DNA of 64,000 nt from Camelus dromedarius (Eukaryota), in contig NC_087440.1 of NCBI RefSeq assembly GCF_036321535.1, forward strand, positions 69,130,001 to 69,194,000, written 5' to 3'. The notes beneath the pieces were generated by a model, which made no database searches, was not told where the DNA came from, and saw only the letters and a program-made list of their open reading frames with translations. Position 1 is the stretch's first letter, and every line of letters starts with the position of its first letter. Both the position numbers and the translations under genes were made by a program. Of the stretch, positions 47,616 to 60,367 are shown in pieces.

Positions 47616-48508
47616 TGTTACATTGTGATTTATAATAACAAATATCTATTTGGTCTTTACCCATTTCTGGCACTAACCTCCTAAACCCCTTGGTGCTTCC
47701 TAAGTGATGAGAGCATCAGGGTATCTTTTGCTGTGTTGATGAGGGGCCTATTGGAAAGCCCATGGATAACCTAAAGATGAGAGCAGATTGCCAGGTGGAC
47801 CAACCAAGTGATCAGAGGGTTGGAACTTTCAGTCCCGCATCTCCAGAGAGAAGAGAGGGGCTGGAGATTGTGTTCAATCACAATGACCAATGATTTAATC
47901 TATCGTGCCTATGTAATGAAGCCCCCACAAAAATCCAAAAAGACAGGGTTTGGAGAGCTTCTAGATTAGTGAACACATGGAGATGCAGGGATATTATCCA
48001 GCTAGGAGAGGCCATGGAAGCTCTGTACCCTTTCTCCCTACCTTGCCCTATGTATCACTTCCATCTGACTGTTCCTGAGTTATAATCCTTTTATATTAAC
48101 TGTTAACCTAGTAAGTAAAATGTTTCTCTGAGTTCTGTGCACTGCTCTAGAAAATTCCCAAGCAGGGGACTGTCAGGAGCTCAAACCTATAGCCTGTTTG
48201 TCAGAAGCACAGGTGACAATGGANNNNNNNNNNNNNNNNNNNNNNNNNNNNNNNNNNNNNNNNNNNNNNNNNNNNNNNNNNNNNNNNNNNNNNNNNNNNN
48301 NNNNNNNNNNNNNNNNNNNNNNNNNNNNNNNNNNNNNNNNNNNNNNNNNNNNNNNNNNNNNNNNNNNNNNNNNNNNNNNGTCGGCAGTATTAGAATTGAG
48401 TTGAATTGTAAGACACCCAAGCTGGTGTCTGAGCATTTATTGATTAGTGTATGTGGGAAACCCCCCTAATTGGAACTGGGTGCAGAATCCAAATTTGGGT
48501 GCAGAATA
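47616..48508 (+). mobile_element. MER21C-like LTR
   Basis: TGT...ttgtgatttataataacaaatatctatttggtc, accaaccaagtgatcagagggttggaactttcag, ccaatgatttaatc...gcctatgtaatgaagcc. Confidence 0.85.
48224..48379. other. Assembly gap (156 N) inside MER21C
   Basis: N run counted directly. Confidence 0.98.
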
Positions 48509-48974
48509 TTAGTCCCCCTAGATTTAGCATCCATTGATAATTTTTGTCTAATCCAATCTTTACTATGAAAGCTGTAAAATACTCTGGTATTTTACATTTA
48601 GTAAAGTATTTTACAATTAGTATTTATGATACCCTAGTACTTTCTCTAAATTTATCAACTGGCCCTCAGCATACTACAATAAGCAAGAACCCTTCATTCT
48701 CTCTGTTTATTATTGGTATAGACTCACGAATTTCTATTTTTACAATGTTTGTAAACATTATCGTAATTAATTATTTTGGTGCTCAAGTTGTCCCAGATTT
48801 GGCCAGTAGGATCCCCTTCAAGCTGGCTCTGTGTCCCTGTGACATGCTTCCTCATTTTGGGGAACATTTCCTTAATTTCTAGCAAAAAGAGGTTCAGGCT
48901 CATCTGGTAACTACCCTGCCCCAGCCCTGGAACCTGCCATCTCTCTAAGAAGTCCTAATTCTCTTTTAGTGGGC

Positions 48975-49140
48975 ATATTACTTATCTACTGCTGCATAAT
49001 CAAATACCCCAAAACTTAGCAGCTTAAAACAACAAACAGTTATTACCTTACACAGTTTCTGAGGTTCAGGATTTTGGGAGAGGTTTAACTAGGTATTTCT
49101 GGAAAAGTTTCCTCTCATGAGGACACAATTAACACACCCA
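48975..49140 (-). mobile_element. MaLR LTR 3' fragment (MLT1 family)
   Basis: tattacttatctactgctgcataatcaaataccccaaaacttagcagcttaaaacaacaa. Confidence 0.75.
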
Positions 49141-49332
49141 TTTCTTGAATTTTTGGAAATGGGAACACATTCTGGGGCGAAAACTCACGCTTATTACAGG
49201 AGTTCACAGACCCTATATCAAAAGAGCCAAAACTAACTTAATATTGCAGGGTTTCTTTTCTACCTAGAAAGATTCTTTTAAGATCAAGTTCTCAACTATC
49301 TTTATTTTATGCTATTATTTTTAATCTGTTGA

Positions 49333-49450
49333 AGTATTTTTAAAATTGAAGTATAGACAGTTACAACGTGTCAATCTCTAGGATACAGCATAATGTTTCA
49401 GTCATACATATATATTCATTTTCATATTCATATTATTTTCTTTTTCATTA
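49333..49450 (-). mobile_element. Short camelid L1 3' tail
   Basis: ttttaaaattgaagtatagacagttacaacgtgtcaat...acagcataatgtttcagtcatacata. Confidence 0.75.
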
Positions 49451-50199
49451 GTTGGTTCAAATTATTACAACAAAAGTTATTGAAGGTCTACCTGTACAAG
49501 ACAGATGAAAGAGGTAAGTTCCTCCCTGAAAGAGTTTGCATAGTCGTGTAATCCTTCTAGTTCTTTCCTGAAGCTTTTCCAAAGAAGCAAAAATTTCAGA
49601 GGTGAAGCTGCCAGGAACTCCAACCTGTTAAATGATTTTAACCCCCTTGTTCACCATCCCAGTCATCTTTCAGCTACTGAATACCACGATTTATGCTGAG
49701 CTATTAGCTCTGACAAGAATATAATATAAATAGCAATTATTTCACATGCCTAATTCAGAATGGTTTCCCTCAGGGTTTGAAGTCCCTGGGGATCCAAGCT
49801 GTCCTAGGAATAAGCCTTGCTCAACCCAGTTTAACACAAAAGGAAGTAATTAACAATTATGAAACTGAGAAACCAGCTCACACTGGGTAATCCATCTTCG
49901 AGGAAGCTGGGATTCTTTGTAAAAGGCAGCTTTGTTGGAAGGGAAGGGGTCCTGGGCCAGCAGCCTGCCGAGACTTTTTAACCCCAGCACTGCCCCTAAC
50001 CAGCTGAAAGATAGATGGTCCAATTACAGCAATTCTCTGAGCCTCAGTTTCCCCATCTATAAGACGAAGGGTAGGTTTGACGGCCCCTGTCTCGCTGTAA
50101 TTTTCCAGTATGAAGCTCAGGGAGAAATCCATAAAACGAAATTCCTTCAAAGACTTCTAGACGTGAAGTCATTGGTCAAGATTAAACAATTTGCTATTT

Positions 50200-50650
50200 G
50201 GGTACAAGCAGTAGGGGCGGCCATCGGGCAGCAATCCTGGTTAACTTATTAATACACTTTGCCGAGACAGGTGACCAGTCTTTAAAGCTCCGCACCTTCC
50301 TAGCCTCTCACGGAAACGTGGTGACCGCGAGATCCAGCGTGAACTTCAAAAGCTCATTCGTGGGAGGGAGGGGGTGAGGAGCAGATGTATAGTTGTGCGC
50401 CTGCGTACTGCGGTCGGAGGGCCGAGGCGGAGCGCGAGCCCTTCGCAAGCGCCGCAAACCGCGCGAGACTTCTTCCGGAGCTCCTCGGCGGTGAGTGAAG
50501 CGCGAGGGAGCGCCGTCTCCGGCTGTTGTTGCTGGGGAATCCGGAGGTGGGTCGGGCCTTCCGGGTAAGGGAGGGTCAAGGAACAGGGTGACTTCGAAGC
50601 TTCCTCCCGGAGCTACCGGAGACGCTGGCGTCATTGTCTAGGTCACTACG
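50200..50650 (+). promoter_or_regulatory. PTGR2: PTGR2 CpG-island promoter
   Basis: CpG-rich; NRF1-like tgcgcctgcgta 50396-50407; ETS ttccgg cores; lies 4.7 kb upstream of the PTGR2 ATG exon. Confidence 0.85.
50420..50490 (+). other. PTGR2: PTGR2 non-coding exon 1 (5' end approximate)
   Basis: Consensus donor GCG|GTGAGT at 50490/50491; second donor CGG|GTAAGG at 50564/50565. Confidence 0.7.
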
Positions 50651-52264
50651 ATAGGGAAGGCTCGAGAAGCAGTAGAAGCAGGGCCTTTCTTAAAAAAGAA
50701 TTATTGGTAGTAAGCAACCTCAAGTTTGGACATAGTTGTGTTTGGAACGTTCATTTAACACCTATTTAATGGCACATTTTATGTGCCGGGCATAGAGGAT
50801 GACTATAAATCATTGAACAGAACAGGCACGAGTCCCTGTCCTCTTGGTGCCTGCAGTCTGGGAAGTCAGTTTGAAATTCTGGGCTGTAGACGCAGAACTT
50901 TAGTAATTTATATATGAGTGGTGAGTAGTGGGAGCCATAGAGGAAGGTGAAGTCACTGAGAAGGGGAGAGCCAGGCAGGAATCCCCACACACTAGACTTG
51001 GGGAAAGGAAGGAGGAAACTAGAAGTCTCAAAAGAGAGAAGAACGAAGCCGTCCAGAAAAAGTGGAGGAAATCCCAGAGATCTGCATGTTTTGTAACAAG
51101 GCAGTGGTTAACAGTCATTTGTGGCAGAATAATTGAGCAAGATCAGGATAGAGAATTTTTTTTTTTTAACTTATAAGGAAGCTCATATTAAGGCAGTGGT
51201 GTGTGTGTGCTGTTTGCCTGTGGGTTCTAGTGTCACCAGTTCTGCGACCATGGGCAGGTTATTAAGCTTCTCTGCCTCCTTTTCCTCTGTATGCCTCTAG
51301 CCTCTCGTGGAAACGTGGGGACCCCGAAAAGGGGGGCAGTGACAAGTACCACCATCCTCATAGGGTTGTTGGGTGGAGGGGTTAGGAGACAATGACTATT
51401 AAGTCGTAGGCTGAGTTCCTGGCACTTAGGAACATTCAGGCAACAGGCTGAGAGAAGGAACTTTCCAAGATCCCACGTGATTAGAAGCAGGACTGTACTC
51501 TGCTCTTCTTAGTTGGGTGCCCTTTCCCTTACATTAGGCTGCAAAGTACACATTCAGGTAACACACTCTTTTGACCGGCACTGGAGTTTTTTGGTTAATC
51601 ATTGATCTTGTATTATTTTGGAATATTGCTTACACCAATTAGGAACACAGTATACCAGACAAATGTGGTTTGCTTAATACCAGTCAATAAAGACTTGAGG
51701 TTTTTAATCCCACTTGGGATGAATTTAACACATCACCACCTCTCCTTTTCAAATTCAGACTGGTGTATCGTATTTTAGATTTTAATTTTCTGATTAAATT
51801 AAGTTCCTTACATTTTAAATGTGTTTGTTGTGCTATTGAGGGATATTGGGTGATTATCCTACAGTAGTTAATTGTAGGGTATGATACTTAAAACTTTCTA
51901 ATTTAATACAGAGGGAGAAAACTTTAATAGTGTACTTTTCATGCTGATAAGCAGTATTTGGACAGATTTACAGTTTGCATAATTTAAAGAATTAAAGCAC
52001 ACATTGAAAGTAATTAGAGAAAAGGGCAAATATGAAACTTCATTTGGAAAGACTCCTTTCATTGAAAATTTAGCCATCCCGTGATGCTGTTAATCACCAC
52101 TTAAGATCCATTATCTTTGGATCTGGCATCAATTTGGAAAACTTTGCTTTTTAACCCTTATGTAATTTATACACAAGGTAATTCAATAAAAATTTTTCTT
52201 TAAAAATTATATTTACTCCTACAAGGCATTATGGATTTCTTGATATGATGAAATAGGATGCACA

Positions 52265-52900
52265 CAGCACCACTTTTAAAGATTCTTGCCTAAAAAAATT
52301 GAACGTGCATCTAACCAAATCTTTAGATCTAACTACCAACCAAGGATAAGAGGAGAAATAGAAGAATGAGGTAAATGAAAGTAGGAAGAAGCGATCAAAG
52401 GACAGTCTAGACAAAAGAATGAAGAAACAAATGTTCAACAGTCAATGGAATGAAATAAAAAAGAAGAGACTCAAAATGTAGTATATAGACTTTGATTCTG
52501 ATCATTTTTTTAAAAGTTATTTTTATATTTCTCTTGAGGGTAATTGGGTTTATTTATTTATTTATTTTAATGGAGGTATTGGAGATTGAACCCAGGACTT
52601 TGTGCATGCTAAGCATGCACTCTACCATTGAGCTATACCCTCCCCCCCAATAGACTTTGATTCTAATGAACCAACTGTAAACGACATATCTGAGATAATC
52701 AAGGAGTTTGAATATGCACTAGGTATTAGATAATGTTAAGGAATTACCTAGACTTAATTCTGTTAGATTAACAGCATAGTGTTTATGTTTAAAGCAATTT
52801 GTTATTAAAGGTATGTAACTGAGGGATTTTGGGATGAAATAGGGTAATGTCTGGGATTTGTTTTAAGGGGAAGCTGAGAAATGCAATCTTTAACTGGGCA
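52265..52900 (+). mobile_element. L1MC-type 3' remnant in PTGR2 intron 1
   Basis: acagcaccacttttaaagattcttgcc...gggatgaaatagggtaatgtctgggatttgttttaa. Confidence 0.6.
52503..52648 (-). mobile_element. Vic-1 SINE in PTGR2 intron 1
   Basis: Full head and body; perfect 15-bp TSD atagactttgattct 52485-52499 / 52650-52664. Confidence 0.94.
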
Positions 52901-53699
52901 ACATGGTGTCCAGAAGGAGAGAGTAGATACTGAGGGCAACTATCCATAATGTCATAACCAGTGAGATTGTAAGTGTACATATTATAAAAAGTAAGGAAGC
53001 AAATAGGATGGATATCCATAGTCTCCTATTTTACAGAATGTCAATAAGTCAGACATTTAGTCCTAAATTAGGAGCGAATTCCCCTCCTTTAGGAAAGGGT
53101 ACCTACAGGAGAGTTGTACATTATTATATGGCTGAATATGTAAAAACCCTGTTTGGAGGAGATTATGGGGCAATAGTGGAAAGAGTGAGGACAGGTAAGA
53201 TCTGGGATGAGATTTACATTTCAGTCCCAACTCCTCTGCTTACCTGCTGTATGATCTTGGGTACAAACTGGACCTCAATTTCCTTTGTAAAATGAGGATA
53301 GTAATACATTTGTCTATATACTTTGTTTTAAGAAATAAGTAATGGAAATTGCGTGGAAGTTCTCCATAAATTATCTCCATATAAATACTATATTAAGCAA
53401 GATTTGAAAAATACCCCATGATAATTATGTAACATTTTCCTGAGCAGTATGTACAAATCTCAGGTATATATAGGATATGCAGATACTATAAGGGATACAG
53501 AGATAAATGAAGAAATTCAAGGATCTTGCACATTTAGAAACTAGATTAAGAGTAGAGTCATGTGTAAATGAAATTACTCAGTGTTGCAGGGAAGGATTAT
53601 TAAATACCAGGTCGATTTACAGATGGTTGTCAAATGTCTAAGTGTGCTGCTGCTGTATTAACTTGGAAATGATGCTAAGAACTAAATATGGTGCATTTG

Positions 53700-53865
53700 T
53701 CAATAAGCAATGAGGATATATTGTATAGCACAGGAAATTATAGCCATTATCTTGTAGTAACTTTTGATGGCATATAGGCTGTAAAAAATACTGAATCACT
53801 ATGCTGTACACCTGAAACTAATATAATAATGTAAATCAACTATACCTTAATAAAAATAAATTTTA
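53700..53865 (+). mobile_element. Camelid/cetartiodactyl L1 3' tail
   Basis: gatatattgtatagcacaggaaattatagccattatcttgtagtaac...atcactatgctgtacacctgaaact...aataaaaataaa. Confidence 0.85.
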
Positions 53866-54361
53866 AAATGTTGTAATTGTCATAAAAAGTAAATAATATA
53901 ATTGTTTTTCTTGGACTTCTCAATGTTATTAGGTACTGAAGATGATGAAACAAAGTAATGAGAGAAGACAGAAGTAGTAAATAAATATATTAATTTTAAA
54001 AAGGATAATATTAGTATCTTAAAAATCAAACAACTTAGACATAATAGGATGAAAATTTTTGTGTAGTAGTTAAGAGATTGGCTCTGGAGTGTCAGCTTGG
54101 GTTTGAATCTCAACTCCACTACTGTAGGAAAGTGCTTAAACCCTTTAAGGCTGTTTCCTCATCTATAAAATGAGGATAATAATATATATATATTTCATAG
54201 CACTCACAACTGCTAGGCACAGAGTAATGCTAATGGTCTGTTTTCATTTTTAGTGATGGACAAAGTAAGCAGGCCCAAATCAGATAGTGCCAGCAGTGGA
54301 ACTTCATTTTGCTGGTTTCATTAGCTCAGATTGTAAACCAGAATAAATTAATCCTTTATTT

Positions 54362-54601
54362 ATTTGTTTTTTTAACATTTTTTTATTGAGTAATAGTCAT
54401 TTTACAATGATGTGTCAAATTCCAGTGTAGAACACAATTTTTCAGTTATACATGAACATACGTATATTCATTGTCAAATTTTTTTTTTTGCTGTGAGCTA
54501 CCATAAGATCTTGTATATATTTCCCTGTGCTATACAGTATAATCTTGTTTATCTGTTCTACATTTTGAAATCCCTGTCTGTCCCTTCCCACCCCCCGCCC
54601 C
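54362..54601 (-). mobile_element. Young truncated L1 3' end with perfect TSD
   Basis: 16-bp TSD aattaatcctttattt 54346-54361 / 54602-54617. Confidence 0.9.
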
Positions 54602-55200
54602 AATTAATCCTTTATTTGGCCATTCTTTATTACATAAATTCCTAGAAAGTGAGGATTTAAAAATGCTTTTGATGTATTACTTTTATAATCAACAAAACTA
54701 TTAAGAAATTTCCATTTTGATAAATGAATAAAAAGGAACTTTTGAAAATTTTGTTGCATCTCAATTTAGCAGCTCATGTTTTATTTTGCTACTAGATTAG
54801 CTGGCTAGCTCTGGAGGAATATATCATGTTGTTTTCTTTTAATCAAGCCACAGTAGGAAGCTTAATCATGATGGCATAAAGTTGAATGTGCTTGAATTAT
54901 GAGGCCAGAAACATTTTTTCCCATTCAGTCTTCAATAAATTTTTTTCCTATTAGCCAAAAATTCTAATTAGATTTAGTCTTTCTTCATATATTTGCTTTA
55001 GGAGACAAGCTCTGACAGGAGACTGTCTTTTTTAGATCCTAAATATGATTTTCCCTCTCCTTGTTCAGAAACACAAGGGCACCTTTTAAAAAAATTTAAA
55101 TTGTTGAATATCTTATAACTTAATTGTGATTAAACTTTTTTTCTGTTTATAGGAATTACTTTATACAGAAGTCTTGTGAAACCACTGTGCAAACAAGGTG

Positions 55201-55237
55201 ATGATTGTGCAGAGAGTAGTGTTGAATTCCCGACCTG
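55201..55237 (+). CDS. PTGR2: Prostaglandin reductase 2, coding part of exon 2 (MIVQRVVLNSRP-G)
   Basis: ATG at 55201; exon acceptor tttatag|G at 55153; donor G|GTATGT at 55238; peptide matches the PTGR2 N-terminus as I recall it. Confidence 0.96.
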
Positions 55238-56195
55238 GTATGTATTTGTGATGAGTGAATAGCTGTGGTCTTTGATAATTATTAATGCATATAAAGGAAC
55301 AAGAAGCGATGTGATGTCAATGTGGTAAATTAAAGTAGAAAGATATTAACACTAGTAGAGATTTTAGAAGCAACTCTAAACAATATAATATTCAAATTTT
55401 TAGATGATAACTTGTCAAGGCCATCTATTGAAGAAGTAAGTTATTTTAAAATTACTGTAATATTAAGAAGGTATATTACATATATATGTGGCTTTTGTTT
55501 TTTCTTTATAGTGTATATCACTGATTCTTAAAATTTGCTTTTCTGTTTTATGTGAAAAGCACTGCCCTGTGTCATCATAGGTCATCAAACCTGAATCATA
55601 GAAGCTTAGGTATGGAAGTAGCTTGAGAGCTTTGGACCCATGTTGCCTTGGTTTTGATACTTACCAACTGTGTGGCCTGGGGAAGTCACTTAGCTTTTCT
55701 CAGTTTTAGTAAAGTGAGCAGTTGGATTAAAATGCCTACATTCTATTTTCACTTTAGAAATTTGATGATTCAACAAATAGGAAGTTTTAATTACATTCAT
55801 TTAAGTTTCTGTTTTCATCTTAAAATGAGGAAGGATAGTTTACCAATTTACTTTGGCTAATGTGGTGTTTCTGCTACCTTGTAAATTTTAACTTTCATGG
55901 TTTAAAAAAAAGCTGGCTGTGATTTTTCACTTTTTGAAATCTTCCTATAATTTTAAAACAGATGAGTTGATTTACTTGTAATCATCATAAAAAAGAAATG
56001 TTGATGTTGACAGCAATATGCCAGAGGAACTTCTTGGAGAAAAACAAAAACATTTGAAACTATTTGAAGAATTTATGCTGAGTTACAGAGAAATTACAAG
56101 ACAATACAGATTTATTTATGCCTGTCTTAAAAGGGAGTACTCTGAATCCTAGAGTGACCTTTTAAAGAATAATAAATAATTCTATGGGAACGTAA

Positions 56196-56366
<171 letters not shown>

Positions 56367-57094
56367 TGATTTAGTCAAAGTAATTTTATTTTCATATTTT
56401 TCGTGTTGCTTCTAAATTTTATTGTTCAATCTTCATGATTAATAAATATTTGAGCAATTATATCTTGATACCTGTGAATTATGGATTGCCTTTGCTTTTA
56501 TTCACTGTTACTAAGGAATGTTATGGAAGGAATGTATTGCAAGTAGTGCATATGGTTAGTCAGGTTCCTCCAAAAGTCCAGATCTCTTCCCAGTAGTAAG
56601 TAGAGCTTGAAGACAGTAAATTAAGATTGGAAACCTCAGATTGATCTAGTTTACAAGGCAGACCCTGTACAACACCTTTATTCTAGTTGGTCTCTTTTAA
56701 AGGAACAGACTCACTTACGCTATTTCTAGATGAAGGAGATTTATTTAAAAGAAGGTATATGTTGCCTGGGTCTGCAGCTGAGAAGTCGTCAGGCACATGG
56801 ACTTAGGCTCCATAAATACAAGTAGTTTTACCTCTTCCTTTCCTATGCGGATGCTTTTTATTTCATTTTCTTGCCTGTTATCCTGACTAGAACCTCGAGT
56901 AAAATGTTATACAGAAGTGTCAAGAGCAGACATCCTTGTCTTATTTCTGATCTTGGGGGAAAGCATTCAGTCTTTCACCATTAAGTGTGATGTTAGCTGT
57001 GGGATTTTTCTAGATGCCCTTTATCTTCATTGAGGAGATTTCCTTCTATTCCTGGTTTGTTGATTGTTTTTATCATCAAGGGGTGTTGGATTTT

Positions 57095-57277
57095 TAAAAT
57101 TGTGGTAAAATACATATAACATAAAATATGCCATTTTAACCATTTTTAAGTGTACAATTAAGGACATTCATAGTGTTGTACAGCCATTACCACTTTCCAT
57201 TTCCAGAACTTTTTCATCATCTTAAACAGAAACTGTGCCCATTAAGCAGTGAAATCTCCATTAACCCCTCCCCTCAG
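57095..57277 (-). mobile_element. L1MA/MB 3' tail nested inside the older L1
   Basis: TSD aagggg(t/t)(g/t)ttggatttt 57078-57094 / 57278-57294, one mismatch; insert is a typical L1 terminus. Confidence 0.85.
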
Positions 57278-57554
57278 AAGGGGTTTTGGATTTTGTAAAG
57301 CGTTTTTTCTGCTTCTATTGAGATGATTATATAGTTTTTGTTTTTTAATCCATGGATATGATTCATTATATTAATTGATTTTTAGACATTAAATCTTGCA
57401 CTCTTAGAATAAATCCCACTTGGTCCAGGTGTGTGATTGCTTTGATATGTTGCTAGATTTGGTTTGCTACAATTTTGGGGGGGATTTTTGCATCCATAAG
57501 ATTGTAAGACCATATTCATTGTTTTCTTGTGATGCGTTTGCCTGCTTTTGGTAA

Positions 57555-57689
57555 NNNNNNNNNNNNNNNNNNNNNNNNNNNNNNNNNNNNNNNNNNNNNN
57601 NNNNNNNNNNNNNNNNNNNNNNNNNNNNNNNNNNNNNNNNNNNNNNNNNNNNNNNNNNNNNNNNNNNNNNNNNNNNNNNNNNNNNNNNN
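57555..57689. other. Assembly gap (135 N) inside L1
   Basis: N run counted directly. Confidence 0.98.
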
Positions 57690-59379
57690 TTTGGGGAAGT
57701 TTTAAAATTACTAATTCAATATCTTTATGTGTTACAGGTCTCTTAAGATTGTGTATTTCTTCTTGAGTCAGCTTCAGTAATTTGTGTTTTTCTAGGAATT
57801 TGTGCATTTCATCTAAGTTGTATACTTTATTGGCATACAGTTATTCTTAGTATTCCCTTATAATCCTTTCTTATTTCTAAAAGTTTGGTAGTAGTAATGT
57901 CCCTTTTTTCATTCCTGATTTTAATGATTTAAGTCTTACCTATTTTTTTCTTAGTCAGTTTAGCTAAAACTGTCGATTTTGTTAATCTTTCCAAGGACCA
58001 ACTTTTGATTTTATTGATTTTCTGTATTGTTTTCTATTGCGTATTTCATTAATTTCTGTTCTTCTTTGTACTAGTTTTATAGTACAAAATGAGTACCTGT
58101 GAGTCTTTATTTATTAAAATAAAAAGTTAAGAGAAGATCAGGATGGCTTATTCAGTAAGCTGTGTTGGATCAGTTGACTATATACTTCTGGGAAAAGAAT
58201 TGTATCTTTGGCTCAACCCCTGCACCAGAATAAATTCCAACAGATAATAAAAAGTTAAAGAAAAAAAGAAACTATAAATAATTTTAGAAAAAATATGGCT
58301 GAACAATTGAATGGTGTTGGGGAATTAAAAACTTTCTAAGAGTAACAGCAAACCCAGATAATATGAAGGAACATGATTAATAAATGTGACTATTTAAAAA
58401 AAAATACTGTCTTTTGTAAAACACAATAAAATAGCATGTACAAAATGAAAAAATAAATGGCAAGCTTAGAAAACCTTAGAATACAAATAACAAGAAAAAA
58501 GATAACGTCTAATATGTGGAAAGCTCCTATACATTAATCTGTGAAAAGTAGAAGTTGGGCAAAGACTACTAATAAGCAATTTATAATCTCTCTGGATTAC
58601 TGTTTCTGTGTATATTCTTATCGTCTCTTTGGCTTCTAGAGCGTCCTTGTGGGAGATAAATAGAACCCTGCTCTATCTCTCCTTAGGCTGCACTTAACAA
58701 TGGAGACCCAATGGGCAGTACCACTTTCTGCCAGGACAGTTGTAGCCTTGGGAGGGCCCCTCTTCCTTCTGATCCATGATTACAGTTCAGGCTCTGTCTT
58801 CCAGTGAGACCAGTCACACTTGATTACACTTACAGTGGAATGCAACTTGATGACTTCATTCAAAATTCTTCCCAGGGGTAGCAAGTTTTTCTTTATGGGT
58901 GAGGGAAATGAGGTGGTGCTTGGTCTGAAACATACTAAATGGGCAAAATTTCAAGTTGACACAGAGGGGTAAAATGGGTCACTGATTACCCACAGACCTG
59001 AAGATTCTTCTGCTTTCAGCCAAGGCAAGCTCATTCAAGCCATGGGCCTTATCACTCTAGACGGTGCTGAGCAGATCATGTAAGGAGAATAATTATCACA
59101 AATTCAGGAGAAAAATGACTGTGAACTATTTAGTATTCAGAATTAATTCTTGATGGTGACTGGTTTGGATTTCTTAAGACTTTTACACTTCAATGTATAA
59201 AAACCTAGCTCAGGGTATCTAAGGATTACACATGCCCTAATGAGTGCGATATTAAAAATATCACTTAAACCCAGGATAATAAATACAAAGTAAATTAAGA
59301 GAACAAAATTTATCAAAATAAAGCCAAGATTCAAGGTTAGAAGTGTTTTAAAAATCAAACAGAGTAGACAAAAGGAACA

Positions 59380-59603
59380 CGGTTGATCTTTGAGCAACTT
59401 GGGTTTGAACTACAGGGGTCTACTTACATGGACATTTTTTTCACTAAATACATAATATAATACTACATGATCTGAGGTTTGTTGAATTTGAAGATGCAAA
59501 ACCACAGGTAGAGAGGGCTGACTCTTAAGTTATACCCAGAATTTACATGGATTTTCGACATAGAGTTGGTATCCCTAACCTCCTGTGTTGTTTGAGTCAG
59601 CTG
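59380..59603 (+). mobile_element. Tigger2-type MITE
   Basis: cggttgatctttgagcaacttgggtttgaactacaggggtctactta and terminal gttgtttgagtcagctg|TA. Confidence 0.8.
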
Positions 59604-59959
59604 TAGATGAAAACAAGCAAAAAAAAAAAAAAAGATATGTTCTTTATAGAATTCTTTAAGTTGGAACAAACTTCCCCATTCAGCAGAATTCCCTCTGAGA
59701 GTCTTACAATAAGAGAAATTTATGACCCAAAGATTTTAGGAGTGGAGAAATGATGAAACAATGAGATTGTGACATGAATTGGATTCATGGCCTTTACTTC
59801 TAAACACCCCTAAGCTCAAAACAACAAAAAATTTAAAAACCCTTTTTCCTCCAGGGAAGCAAATAGCTCCTCCATTCACTCATTTCTTGCTGGGAAGCAC
59901 TCAGCCTTTCTTGAGCATTTTGTCTCTTCATTCTCTATATTCTGTCCCTCCATCATCAG

Positions 59960-60300
59960 ATACCGTGGACCCCGCTGCCTAAGTACTTCTCAATCCAGTC
60001 CATTTCTCAGTTAACTCTGAGGACATCTACCTAGTCTGAATCACCATTGTTTCTCTCCTAATGGGGTATCCTTGTATACACTCTTTGTCCCCTTAATCCA
60101 TCTTTCACACTGTAGCCAGAGTGATCTTCTTATAATAGCAACTAATCATGTCACCTTGCTTAAAATCCTTTAATGGCTTCCCATTAGTCTTGGGATTAAG
60201 ATTAACATTCTGGATGTGGTCTAAAGTAGTCTGGCCTGTTTGCTTGCCCAGCCTCACTATACTCTGGTTTACCTCTTAACCTTGTACCCTGGCCTCAATA
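59960..60300 (+). mobile_element. L2 remnant
   Basis: atccatctttcacactgtagccagagtgatcttc...cttgcttaaaatcctttaatggcttccc. Confidence 0.7.
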
Positions 60301-60367
60301 GACCTCTTTTGTAACAAACCAATGTCCCTTTTTGCTCAAGCCTTGTATAATCGTGTCTTTTATTTTC

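Larger units (their letters stand above)
47340..48970 (-). mobile_element. Old L1MC/ME 3' region interrupted by MER21C
   Basis: atccatctgtccttcactgacgatattaattttgattacttggtcaagg...; resumes at about 48510 (ttagcatccattgataatt...ttggccagtaggatccccttcaagctggctc). Confidence 0.65.
56810..58050 (-). mobile_element. Old L1 ORF2 remnant in PTGR2 intron 3
   Basis: Minus ORF 57382-57807 (KFLEKHKLLKLTQEEIHNLKRPVTHKDIELVILKLP) is degraded L1 ORF2. Confidence 0.9.

Noticed and set aside
56018-56152. 44-aa intronic ORF containing QYRFIY, reminiscent of the PTP Q-loop
   Set aside because: A single short motif with no other PTP features, and an in-frame stop just upstream; coincidence.
58600-59050. GC-richer unique-looking blocks in PTGR2 intron 3 (also 61530-61850) as a pseudogene or ERV interior
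   Set aside because: The frames I translated by hand gave no recognisable protein; cannot be assigned without a database search.
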